Source: Candidatus Micrarchaeota archaeon
Lineage (GTDB): Archaea; Micrarchaeota; Micrarchaeia; Micrarchaeales; CABMGC01
Reading direction: 5' to 3'
DNA length: 64,000 nt
Assembly (NCBI GenBank): GCA_046536795.1
Contig: JAWDMB010000001.1
Coordinates: 10,449 to 74,448, forward strand
The position numbers and the translations under genes are program-made. Under the pieces are notes generated by a model, which worked only from the letters and a program-made list of their open reading frames with translations, had not been told where the DNA came from and searched no databases. Shown piece after piece: positions 28,330-37,384 of this stretch; position 1 is the first letter of the stretch, and each line of letters starts with the position of its first letter.

Positions 28330-29019
28330 TCAAAGTATGAAGAAGAGCAAAATTGCAACGATTATAAATAGTATTCCTGTAAATAAATGCAGGTATCTTT
28401 TTATTACATCACCTTTAGTCTTAACCGCCTCAATCTCTATTAAACCAAAGTACAAGGCAAGGACAGCTATTATAAGAGGAACAAGCATAAAGAGTATGTA
28501 TATGAAGATAAAGAAGAATGCTGCGGCACTGCCAATATTATGAGTAACAAGATATGTAATATATGCAAACGCCCAACCGCTTGCACAAGGAATATCTGCT
28601 AAACCAACAAGAACGCCCAGCAAAAGTATGCTTGCGAGCGTTGCATCTGAGATAAGAATGCCTGCACGAGCTTTTGCTGCATGTGACATCTCAAGGCTAA
28701 ACCACTTGCCTGGAGCAAAATAATCTTTTAGTTGGAGCACACCCCATATAATTAATATTATAGCCATAACATATCTGATCCAGTTTGTATATGGCAGTAT
28801 TGCTGCAACATTCAAAAATCCCATAAAGAGGCCTAGCATAAAGAAATAGTAGATAACACCGATCATAGCAGCATAAAGGAAGCCATAGAATAGCATTCTG
28901 CGCTTTGTCCCTAATTCGAGAAGGTAAGTGATTAAGAATAAAAGTACGCTTATATCACATACATCTATAATTCCATCAGCTACCCCAAAGGATGCTGTTA
29001 TTGCCCATATACCATTCAT
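28330..29019 (-). CDS. polytopic membrane protein, CcdA/DsbD-like thiol-disulfide transporter candidate
   Basis: About 6 TM helices with one Cys in an early helix (DVCDIS) and one in a later helix (ADIPCASGW). The start overlaps the stop of the upstream thioredoxin-like gene (ATGA, 29016-29019). Confidence 0.45.
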   Translation of the reverse strand: MNGIWAITASFGVADGIIDVCDISVLLFLITYLLELGTKRRMLFYGFLYAAMIGVIYYFFMLGLFMGFLNVAAILPYTNWIRYVMAIILIIWGVLQLKDYFAPGKWFSLEMSHAAKARAGILISDATLASILLLGVLVGLADIPCASGWAFAYITYLVTHNIGSAAAFFFIFIYILFMLVPLIIAVLALYFGLIEIEAVKTKGDVIKRYLHLFTGILFIIVAILLFFIL

Positions 29020-29627
29020 TTTCTATCCTTTTTTGTCTTTTTAATTGCAATCGCTATGTAGATTGCAGCTAAAATCAATATAGACAAAAGAATATAGGTC
29101 AATGCATTTATTATTTTGCCTTTTTCTTGGAGAGATTTTGCTTCTGCAGGCGTGACAACAGTATATTTGGCAGATAAATTAAAAGGCAAAGCCGGGCATG
29201 AATTATTTGTTAAATTGTCTAATGCGCTGAGAAGCTGTGCACTATAACCTATATATAACTTTGAGTTAGCTTGTTTACCATATGTCGCATTGCCATACGC
29301 AAATCCAAGGAAGGCTTTACTACCTATTATTATTAACGGCACACCACCTCCAGAATTATAGTAGTTTGAGAGGTTATAAAATAGTGGAATAACATCGGGG
29401 TTTTCAACACTGTATTCATGAAGGGTCAGATTATAGGAAGAGCTGATATTGTATAAGAAGTTTAGCGCGGCTTCGCAATGCGGACAAGTAGGTAGATAAA
29501 AGATATCTATGCACCTTGCGTTCGCTAACTGCGATAAAAGAATAAAAAAGACTGGCAAAATATACTTTGTATTCATACCACCAGCCTTAGTAGATAATAT
29601 TGCAACGCTTATATATTTTTTGTGCAT
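29016..29627 (-). CDS. secreted/membrane-anchored thioredoxin-fold protein (CPHC active site)
   Basis: Signal-like MNTKYILPVFFILLSQLANA, FYLPTCPHCEAAL, C-terminal TM anchor plus KKTKKDRK, several N-X-S/T sequons. Confidence 0.65.
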   Translation of the reverse strand: MHKKYISVAILSTKAGGMNTKYILPVFFILLSQLANARCIDIFYLPTCPHCEAALNFLYNISSSYNLTLHEYSVENPDVIPLFYNLSNYYNSGGGVPLIIIGSKAFLGFAYGNATYGKQANSKLYIGYSAQLLSALDNLTNNSCPALPFNLSAKYTVVTPAEAKSLQEKGKIINALTYILLSILILAAIYIAIAIKKTKKDRK

Positions 29628-29686
29628 TTCTGGCGCAAGAGCAAGAAAAAGATTAAAAGATTGAAAAGATAATTGAAATAGATTGG

Positions 29687-30658
29687 ATGAAAAAAGTCTA
29701 TGCTATACTTATTGCAATTTTACTCTTGCTAATCATTGCATATATTATAACTTTTGCAATTAAAAACACGACTTATGCTTTTCCTAAAAGTGTTAACTTT
29801 ACCCTTGGAGTGTGCACACATGGCAATGAAAGCTCTGAGCTTTATGCCTTAAATCATGGAATAAAGTATTTTAGGACAGATATAAGCAACACACCAGAAC
29901 AGATAAAACTTCTTTATTATGAGCATACTCTTGGTGCAAAATATCTTGGTATACTTGACTATTCTACACTACCTGGCGGGATAAGCAACAAAAACTGGAA
30001 TCTAAGTACTTGGAATACAAGTGTGGAAGAAGCTGTTGCAAATTATCCTTGGATAAATACATGGGAGATATGGAATGAGCCATATGTTCCGAATTTCGAA
30101 ACAGGCTTTATGAATGGAAGCGCATATAATTATTATCTTATAATCAAAAGTGCTTCTACGATAATAAAGGAGCATGAGCCTAATGCAACGATCGTTTGCT
30201 TTGGAGGTGCGCCTATTGGAAATAGCAATATATTTTATTGGTATGCTGAAGTTTGGAGCTACGGTGCAGCGAAGTATTGTGATGCGATTTCTATACACGC
30301 TTATCCCCAATACGCTAGCTTAATGAACAGCGATGAAATTAATGAGTGGAACCAGACGTTGCTTGCTTATGAAGAGCTTACCCAAAAGCCTATATGGGTA
30401 ACAGAAATAGGCATGCCCGCAAGCTCAAGGCTCTTAACAGGCTTTTCTCCGAGCTTGCAGAATGAGTTTATGATCCAAAGTTTTGATTTGCTAAACAGCA
30501 TGAGGTTTGTGAAAAGGGTTTACTGGTATGACCTTTGGGGCTTGTCGGATGGTGCAGAAGGAAACGACTTTGGATTGTTAAACCTTTCAAATCCTGTTCT
30601 AGAGCCAAAGCCTGCGTGGTATACATTCATGCACTTCTACAATCTCAGCATACATTAA
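29687..30658 (+). CDS. membrane-anchored clan GH-A glycoside hydrolase (GH5/GH39-like)
   Basis: N-terminal TM anchor, TWEIWNEP (acid/base Glu), IWVTEIG (nucleophile Glu), AISIHAY. Confidence 0.65.
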   Translation: MKKVYAILIAILLLLIIAYIITFAIKNTTYAFPKSVNFTLGVCTHGNESSELYALNHGIKYFRTDISNTPEQIKLLYYEHTLGAKYLGILDYSTLPGGISNKNWNLSTWNTSVEEAVANYPWINTWEIWNEPYVPNFETGFMNGSAYNYYLIIKSASTIIKEHEPNATIVCFGGAPIGNSNIFYWYAEVWSYGAAKYCDAISIHAYPQYASLMNSDEINEWNQTLLAYEELTQKPIWVTEIGMPASSRLLTGFSPSLQNEFMIQSFDLLNSMRFVKRVYWYDLWGLSDGAEGNDFGLLNLSNPVLEPKPAWYTFMHFYNLSIH

Positions 30659-30718
30659 ACTAAATATAATTGGTGATTGTATCGATGAAGTTTTAAAAAT
30701 TTAGAACTTAAAAATATT

Positions 30719-31174
30719 ATGCGCGTTTATTCGAATAAATATATAAACACAATACTCTTTGTGCTTTCTGCTATAGGGCTTATTGCAGCAGGAATTGTTT
30801 TTGTAGATTATTATATTGAACATTCTACATCATTGCCTTTGTGCGAAGTAGGGGAAAACTTAGGCGGCACTTTACAAGTTAGCTGTTCTGTTATTTCAAG
30901 CAGTTTTAGTAGAGTATTTGGAATTCCATTAGATTTCCTTGCGATTGCATGGTTTGGCGTAAATCTTATCTTACTGGCAATTTTAGTTATTATGAATAGA
31001 AGCAAGGTAATGGTGCTTTTGCTGGCATGGAGTATTCTTGGGGTGTTAGTGGTACCTTATCTTATCTATATAGAGCTATACGTTTTACACGCGTTGTGCA
31101 TTTACTGTACAACAATGCATATTGCAATATTTTTGAACTTCCTAATTGTTTTATATCTCTTTTTGAAGAGCTGA
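30719..31174 (+). CDS. vitamin K epoxide reductase (VKOR) family protein
   Basis: 4 TM helices, loop cysteines C..(x13)..C followed by SS.FSRVFGIPL, and a CIYC redox motif in the last helix region. Confidence 0.75.
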   Translation: MRVYSNKYINTILFVLSAIGLIAAGIVFVDYYIEHSTSLPLCEVGENLGGTLQVSCSVISSSFSRVFGIPLDFLAIAWFGVNLILLAILVIMNRSKVMVLLLAWSILGVLVVPYLIYIELYVLHALCIYCTTMHIAIFLNFLIVLYLFLKS

Positions 31175-31257
31175 AATAACATTAAGTGGTATGCTTTTGA
31201 GATGCACTTTTAAAGCAAACAGGTAGTAATTTAAAAATTAGATACATTATTTTAATT

Positions 31258-32019
31258 ATGAAAAGTGTATGGAAAGGCTCTATAGGTTTTGGCCTTGTAA
31301 ACATACCGGTAAAGCTCTACCTTGCGATAAGAGAAAGAGAAGTTCCATTGCACTCACTTTGCAAGAACGGGCATAGAATAGTATATAAGAGATGGTGCCC
31401 TGTCGAAGATAGAGAGGTTACCTGGCAGGAGCTAAAGAAGGGCTTCGAGATAAGCAAAGATAAATATGTAGTTTTGGATAAAGAAGACTTGGAGAAGATA
31501 AAGATACCTTCAACAAAAACGATAGAGATAAAGGAGTTTGTAGATTCACAAATAGATCCAATCTACGTTGAGAAAAGCTACTATGTCGTACCAGATAAAA
31601 ACGGTGAGAGAGCTTATGCACTTCTTTTCCAAACACTAGCCCTTGCAAACAAAGTAGGAATAGGAAAGTTTACAATGAAAGACAAAGAGCATGTTGTTGC
31701 ATTGAGAGCATATAAGAAAGGCCTTCTCCTCCAAACCCTATACTATGAGAGCGAGATAATAAGCATGGATCTATTGGCAGAGCTTGAAGAATTGCCAAAG
31801 CCTGAGAAGAAGGAGCTTGAGCTTGCACAAATGCTAGTAGAGAAGCTCAGCAAGGAAGAATTTGATATATCAAAATTCAAAGATGAATATACAGAAGCAC
31901 TTAAGCAGCTTATACAGGCAAAGGTTGCTGGAAAGAGCTATGAGATTAAGGCTGAGAAAGAGGTAAAGAAGGCAAAAAGCCTGATAGAAAGCCTTACAGA
32001 GAGCCTGAAGCAAAAGTAG
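31258..32019 (+). CDS. ku: Ku DNA end-binding protein (prokaryotic type)
   Basis: VWKGSIGFGLVNIPVKLY, EIKEFVD...IDPIYVEKSYYV.PD, typical ~250 aa. Confidence 0.9.
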   Translation: MKSVWKGSIGFGLVNIPVKLYLAIREREVPLHSLCKNGHRIVYKRWCPVEDREVTWQELKKGFEISKDKYVVLDKEDLEKIKIPSTKTIEIKEFVDSQIDPIYVEKSYYVVPDKNGERAYALLFQTLALANKVGIGKFTMKDKEHVVALRAYKKGLLLQTLYYESEIISMDLLAELEELPKPEKKELELAQMLVEKLSKEEFDISKFKDEYTEALKQLIQAKVAGKSYEIKAEKEVKKAKSLIESLTESLKQK

Positions 32020-32996
32020 TGTTTTTGATGCTCTGGAACAGTGAGATGAAACTGGTAAAGCCCATGCTTGCATTTCCAGCAAAGCCTTTTGATTCAAAGG
32101 ATTTTCTTATGGAGATAAAGTATGATGGAACTAGGGGAATAGCCTATATTGACAAAAATGAAAAGATGGTTAAACTTCTTAACAGAAGGAACAAATTCTT
32201 CGAATACCGCTATCCGGAGCTCTTGCATTTATATGATCAGATAAATGCAAAAAAAGCAATTTTAGATGGTGAGGTTGTTGTATTTGAAAACGGAAAACCC
32301 AATTTTTACCTTCTTGAAGAAAGAGAGCAAAGCGAGAATAAAGCGAGAATAGAATTGCTATCAAAAGCACATCCTGCGGTGTATGTAGTTTTTGATATAC
32401 TCCATGTTGATGGTGAAGATCTTTTAGAAAAACCCCTTATAGAAAGAAAAAAGGTGCTTGAAGAGGTTCTTGAAGAGAGCGATTTTTGCATGAACTCAAG
32501 GTATATCTTTGAAAAAGGTATAGAGCTTTTCAATAGAGTAAAGAAGGAGGGACTAGAAGGAATAATGGCTAAGAAGATAAATTCAACATATCAGCAAAAA
32601 AGAAGTGCAGATTGGCTGAAGATAAAGGCAAACAATACAATTGATGCTGTTATAATAGGCTATACAACAAGCGAAAAAGAGGAGCTAAGCGCTTTGATAC
32701 TCGGGGTTTACGACAAAGGTAAGATAAGATATATCGGTAGGGTTGGCACAGGATTTGATGAGGAAAAGAGGGCTTTGCTTCTTGAGAAGCTTAAAAATGC
32801 AAAAAAGGCAGAATATAAAATTGAAATAAATCTCGAGCTTGGAAAGAAAGCGTTTTTTGTGGAGCCAGAGCTTGTTGCAGAGGTAAAATACCTAGAGCTT
32901 ACACGCGATAATATTCTTAGGGCACCTTCTTTCATTAGGCTTAGAGATGACAAGCTTCCAAAAGAGTGTACACTAGAAAGCCAGATAGCTCAATAA
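32019..32996 (+). CDS. ligD: ATP-dependent DNA ligase (LigD ligase-domain-only type)
   Basis: KPMLA, adenylation motif MEIKYDGTRG, LDGEVV, VVFDIL, EGIMAKK, WLKIK. The track start is GTG 32019, overlapping the ku stop. ATG 32028 or 32046 are alternatives. Confidence 0.85.
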   Translation: MFLMLWNSEMKLVKPMLAFPAKPFDSKDFLMEIKYDGTRGIAYIDKNEKMVKLLNRRNKFFEYRYPELLHLYDQINAKKAILDGEVVVFENGKPNFYLLEEREQSENKARIELLSKAHPAVYVVFDILHVDGEDLLEKPLIERKKVLEEVLEESDFCMNSRYIFEKGIELFNRVKKEGLEGIMAKKINSTYQQKRSADWLKIKANNTIDAVIIGYTTSEKEELSALILGVYDKGKIRYIGRVGTGFDEEKRALLLEKLKNAKKAEYKIEINLELGKKAFFVEPELVAEVKYLELTRDNILRAPSFIRLRDDKLPKECTLESQIAQ

Positions 32997-34615
32997 GGAA
33001 GTTCTAGCTCGAATGCTATAGCAGGCTCTTCTATTCCAAAATTGTTTAGCACCTCTGGGTGCAATTCACCAAAGAACCCTTTAATATTGTTTGATTCTAT
33101 CCTTGCACACCTTCCTTCTATAAATGAGCCTATCTTTTCTTCACTTACCTTGAATTCAAGGCCAAGAGCATGCATTAGAGAGCTAACAATAGCTTTTATA
33201 TCATTGAAGTTTGCTTTTGGAGAAACGACCACACCCGCTAGATGATAAGATTCTATGACTTGATCTTTATCTATATTGAAAACCATGTCAAGCTCGAAAA
33301 CCTTTTGCGGCATGCTCTCATGCGAAGAGAAGCCAAGAACATTAAGCAATGAAGGCAAAAGCCATGTGCGCATCATAGTTATATTTTCTGTCTTTGCACC
33401 TTTTATTTGAACGTGTGGCTTTTCCTCTATTAGCATGTTCTTAAAGTTCATTCTTTCATTTGTTAGATAGTTGTTGTTTGTCTCTGTAAAGCCTAAGCCA
33501 AGCATAAGTGTTACAAGCTTTCGGTTAAGCTTTGTTTTTTCTTCTAGTCTACCACCACTAGCTACTGTTAGAAGAGGTATTGGGTGTATATAAGTATAGC
33601 CATACGCTATCGCTATATCCTCTATTATATCCTGCTCATTTATTATATCAAACCTATATGGCGGAACAAAAAATCTTACCCTTCTATTTACAAACACAGC
33701 CTTATAGCCCATCTTAGTTGCTAGTGAAAGAATGTTGTTGAAGCCTATTGCGGCACCAATATGCTCCTCCACTTCCTTTGGCTTTATCTCTATTATTCTA
33801 TTTTCCATTCTAGGCGTTATTACACTTTTCTTTCTATATTTTATCCTAACGCGCTTAACATCTCCGCCCAAATCCATAAACATGCACGCAAACATATCCG
33901 CTGCCTTTTCAACAATATATTGTGAAGTGCCTGTAATGTCTACAAGCATGTCTTTAGTATTGCTAGTAACCTTTGTCCTATCAGAATTTATTATTGGTAT
34001 AAGCGATAGTATTCCTTTTTCATCTTCAAGAACAGGGTAGAGAGAACCTTTTATTGTATGCGCATATTCGATCCCTTTTGCGTGCGTATCCATTATTTCC
34101 TTGAAGCTCATCTCGCTTTTACTATTCAATGGCACAAACTTTCCTTCTATCTTAGCATCATATCTAAGATTGCCTTCTATCTTTGATAGGTCATGTAAGC
34201 CCATTGCAAGTTTCTCTCTCTTTCTCCCAAAAGTCTCGCTAAACTTCTCTGTAAACTGAATAATATATTTTAGGCTTTCATCTGTAAGGTTTAACCCATT
34301 TACAATAAGGGCGGCTATGAATGGCCTTACCTTGCCAACATTTTCACCAACCTCTATCGTTGTTGCTGGTTCTTCATCTTTTAAGCTGTATACAAGCTTT
34401 TCGCGGAAATGCATATAGTTTCTCAGTGCTCTGGCAAACCCGACTATGTCAAGTAGGTCTGGCCTGTTCGGCGTTATATCAATACTTATCTCCTCTGTGG
34501 TAAGGCCTTCTACACTCATACCCAAGTCAAAGACATATTTGCTTAGCCTTTTATCGCTTATACTCTTGCCAACAAGCTTGAAAAGATAATTTTTGTTAAA
34601 TGTAACTACAGCTAT
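32990..34615 (-). CDS. pheT: phenylalanine--tRNA ligase beta subunit (archaeal type); start codon uncertain
   Basis: ITPNRPDLL and other archaeal PheT B3/4/B5-type conservation. The frame stays open and conserved upstream of the track start (TTG 34525): (I)AVVTFNKNYLFKLVGKSISDKRLSKYVFDLG. No ATG/GTG/TTG is present there. Confidence 0.8.
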   Translation of the reverse strand: MAVVTFNKNYLFKLVGKSISDKRLSKYVFDLGMSVEGLTTEEISIDITPNRPDLLDIVGFARALRNYMHFREKLVYSLKDEEPATTIEVGENVGKVRPFIAALIVNGLNLTDESLKYIIQFTEKFSETFGRKREKLAMGLHDLSKIEGNLRYDAKIEGKFVPLNSKSEMSFKEIMDTHAKGIEYAHTIKGSLYPVLEDEKGILSLIPIINSDRTKVTSNTKDMLVDITGTSQYIVEKAADMFACMFMDLGGDVKRVRIKYRKKSVITPRMENRIIEIKPKEVEEHIGAAIGFNNILSLATKMGYKAVFVNRRVRFFVPPYRFDIINEQDIIEDIAIAYGYTYIHPIPLLTVASGGRLEEKTKLNRKLVTLMLGLGFTETNNNYLTNERMNFKNMLIEEKPHVQIKGAKTENITMMRTWLLPSLLNVLGFSSHESMPQKVFELDMVFNIDKDQVIESYHLAGVVVSPKANFNDIKAIVSSLMHALGLEFKVSEEKIGSFIEGRCARIESNNIKGFFGELHPEVLNNFGIEEPAIAFELELPY

Positions 34616-36069
34616 ACAATCACCTTTCTTCTAAGCCAACCAAGATTGCTGTTGAAGAGCTCTGTTATTGAATTTATGCTCTTATCCTTTGCCATAAGTG
34701 CTCTTTCAACGCCTAGGCCCCACGCAAGCACAGTTATTTTCTTGCTTACAATATCAGTTATTTCTTTTCTTATAATGCCCGCACCACCAAGCTCAAGCCA
34801 TTCATCATTGTATAATATATCAACTTCAACTCCCGGTTCTACAAAAGGAAAGTATGAAGGCTTGAATTTTATTTCCACACCTATGTTTGCATATATTCGT
34901 TTGAGTACATCGAAAAGGTTTGCAAGCGTTAGGTTTATACCTATCACTATACCGTCTGTTTGATAGAACTCTGCTAGATGCTTGTAATCTATGCTTTCAT
35001 TTCTAAAGACACGCCCTACAGAGAAGAGCTGAAGTGGCTTTACTGACGATATGCTTGCAAGCTCCTTCAAATTCTCTCTAAGCTTATATATGAACCTTGC
35101 AGAAACGCTTGTAGTATGTGTTCTAAGCAATGCCTGCTCGGCAACCTCTTTATACCAATTTATGTGCCATGCTTTCTCATGCATTGCCTTGACCTTTTTA
35201 ATAAGTTTTTCGTCTTTAACATTGACCTTTCCTGGATTAATAAGATAGAAAGTATCTTGCATCTCCCTTGCTGGATGATCCTGCGGAACAAAAAGGGAGT
35301 CAAATACCCAAAATGAAGGCTCTATTATTGGTCCCGATATTTCCTTGAAGCCCATGCTTAGATAGGCATCTTTTATCTCATCTATAAAATTCTTAAGTGG
35401 ATGCCTTTTCGCCATCAATGCATCTTCTACGCTTATATTAATATCATACTTCCTGAACTTCTTTCCTTGCCAAGACTTGTTAGCAATGATCTCTCTGTTC
35501 AGCTCGCCTATATCTTCTTCTATGCTTATCTTCTCCTTTTTGCCAAGCTCTGTTATCTCTATGCTCTCTATCTCTTCTTTTTCCTTTATAGAAACAAGCT
35601 TTCTTTTCAAGAGGTTTTCAAATGCCTGCTTATGCTCTGAAATGAGCTTATCAGCTTCGTCTGGCTTTTGATAAAGCGCTCTTAGCAAGCTACCCTCTTC
35701 TATTTCTTTTGGGCCTTCTTTTAGCACGATAAAGCCTTCTTTTATCTCAACAAGCCCTTTTGCCTTGAGCCATTGGAAACCTATCCTTTCTTCGTTATTT
35801 AATTCGCTTATCTTAACCTCTTCCTTAGTCAATCGCTTGAGGAGCGCTTCCTCTGGAAGCATTGCCTGAGCATATCTCAAACCTTCGTCTGAAAATATAA
35901 TTGAAATAGACTTTCTTTTCTTCAAGACCACAAGCCCTTTGCTTTGCAACTCTTCTAGGGCCCAGAGTACAGCATCTTTGGTTAAGCGAGTTTCTTCTAT
36001 AAGTTTGTTTAGCGAAGAACTTTTTTCCTTCTGTAGAACGCTTAAAACAGAAGCAACGTACTTATGCAC
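34612..36069 (-). CDS. pheS: phenylalanine--tRNA ligase alpha subunit
   Basis: QDHPAREMQDTFY, LRTHTTSVS, FRNE..D..H..EF.Q.DG, GGAGI (class II aaRS motifs 1-3), N-terminal wHTH repeats. Confidence 0.9.
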   Translation of the reverse strand: MHKYVASVLSVLQKEKSSSLNKLIEETRLTKDAVLWALEELQSKGLVVLKKRKSISIIFSDEGLRYAQAMLPEEALLKRLTKEEVKISELNNEERIGFQWLKAKGLVEIKEGFIVLKEGPKEIEEGSLLRALYQKPDEADKLISEHKQAFENLLKRKLVSIKEKEEIESIEITELGKKEKISIEEDIGELNREIIANKSWQGKKFRKYDINISVEDALMAKRHPLKNFIDEIKDAYLSMGFKEISGPIIEPSFWVFDSLFVPQDHPAREMQDTFYLINPGKVNVKDEKLIKKVKAMHEKAWHINWYKEVAEQALLRTHTTSVSARFIYKLRENLKELASISSVKPLQLFSVGRVFRNESIDYKHLAEFYQTDGIVIGINLTLANLFDVLKRIYANIGVEIKFKPSYFPFVEPGVEVDILYNDEWLELGGAGIIRKEITDIVSKKITVLAWGLGVERALMAKDKSINSITELFNSNLGWLRRKVIV

Positions 36070-36073
36070 CTAT

Positions 36074-36847
36074 TCACCCAAGAACAAGCCTAATATATAG
36101 ATAGACTACAACCCCGACAATTATTATTATAGCAAAGGCATAGATTTCTAACCCATATTTAGCGAATAGATTTGAGAAATAGTTTACCACTTCTTGCTGC
36201 AGAGATTCTGTTATAATGTATGAGAATGAAAACTTCGATAGAGGTTCGCCTGAGTACCACGAAAATTCGGTATAGCCGGTATAGTTGCCAGGCATAGATG
36301 GCGTTGGATAGTCTGGAGCTGGGTATATTGATACAACCTGTGCACCCTTTGGTATTATTATATTTAGCCTACTGTTCGGATAAAGAGCTTGACCACTTGC
36401 TGTATGCATAAAGTTGAATACCTTGTCATTGAAGGTGTATTCAAACTTCCTTGGTGCTATTATGCGCTCTGTAGTAACATTGCCTACATAGTAATCCATA
36501 GTAAGATATGCAATACCACTTCCATTAATATTTCTCATTACTGGCCCGGGAAGGAAAGTAAACCTTGATATGCTTGATTCAGGGTTTATTATGTGCTCGA
36601 TAAGATAGTTTGTACCGAGTGCATTATCCCAGTTGCTTAGAGTCAAGTTTATAGCTTGTCTATATTGCAAGTATTGCGAAACTGAAGAATTGCTCATGAA
36701 GAGTGTTACAACTTCTATAACATGGGCACTTGTGTCGTTTTGTAGTATTACTGTAGTATTAAGATATGTTACATTAAAGTATGCGTTAGCCTGTAGCATA
36801 AGAAAAGAAGCGATTAGAAGTGCAAAAGGTATTAAAAGAGACCTCAT
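36074..36847 (-). CDS. secreted, C-terminally anchored glycoprotein (hypothetical)
   Basis: Signal peptide ..FLMLQANA, at least 8 N-X-S/T sequons, C-terminal TM IYAFAIIIIVGVVVYLYI. Confidence 0.55.
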   Translation of the reverse strand: MRSLLIPFALLIASFLMLQANAYFNVTYLNTTVILQNDTSAHVIEVVTLFMSNSSVSQYLQYRQAINLTLSNWDNALGTNYLIEHIINPESSISRFTFLPGPVMRNINGSGIAYLTMDYYVGNVTTERIIAPRKFEYTFNDKVFNFMHTASGQALYPNSRLNIIIPKGAQVVSIYPAPDYPTPSMPGNYTGYTEFSWYSGEPLSKFSFSYIITESLQQEVVNYFSNLFAKYGLEIYAFAIIIIVGVVVYLYIRLVLG

Positions 36848-37062
36848 TTAGATCACTATTTATTTCAAAATAAAACAATTTAATATTATTGTTTTTGGGG
36901 GTTTTTGCTGGGTTAATGGTATACCGATGCTGACATCCCAACGAATAAATTCGTAGGCTTTCTGCTATGCGTTCTGCAAACTAGATAATATCGTGCTTGA
37001 TAGGGGTTTAAAGTAGATCGACGACAAAAGTTTTGATTATGTGAATTCTTGTTAAAATTCAT

Positions 37063-37323
37063 GTGCACAGCGGTGATGCAACAATCTTCACACCATACAT
37101 AAACAGTACAGCTTCGCAGGAGCGCATGAAGGAGATAGCATTAAGGCTAACAGATAACAACCTGCGCAGATATGATTACATTGTCAGAAGGGCGGCTGCA
37201 GACTTCAATGTTCCGATGATACTCAATGGGAGGCTAGGCAAAGCTATTGCAGAGGCAGCAAATGAAAAAACAACAGCATATGATCTTAGAGAATACTGGA
37301 GTAGTAGAAGCCCAGATAAATAA
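37063..37323 (+). CDS. short MGS-like-domain fragment protein (possibly a gene remnant)
   Basis: TIFTPY...YIVRRAAADFNVPMILNGRLGKAIAEA resembles only the C-terminal half of a methylglyoxal-synthase-like domain (..INTP....IRR.A....P..T....A.A). GTG start. Confidence 0.35.
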   Translation: MHSGDATIFTPYINSTASQERMKEIALRLTDNNLRRYDYIVRRAAADFNVPMILNGRLGKAIAEAANEKTTAYDLREYWSSRSPDK

Positions 37324-37384
37324 TACTGAGCACAATCAAAAGATATATAAATCAATATTTAGCATATTTATAGAGAGTGATTTT

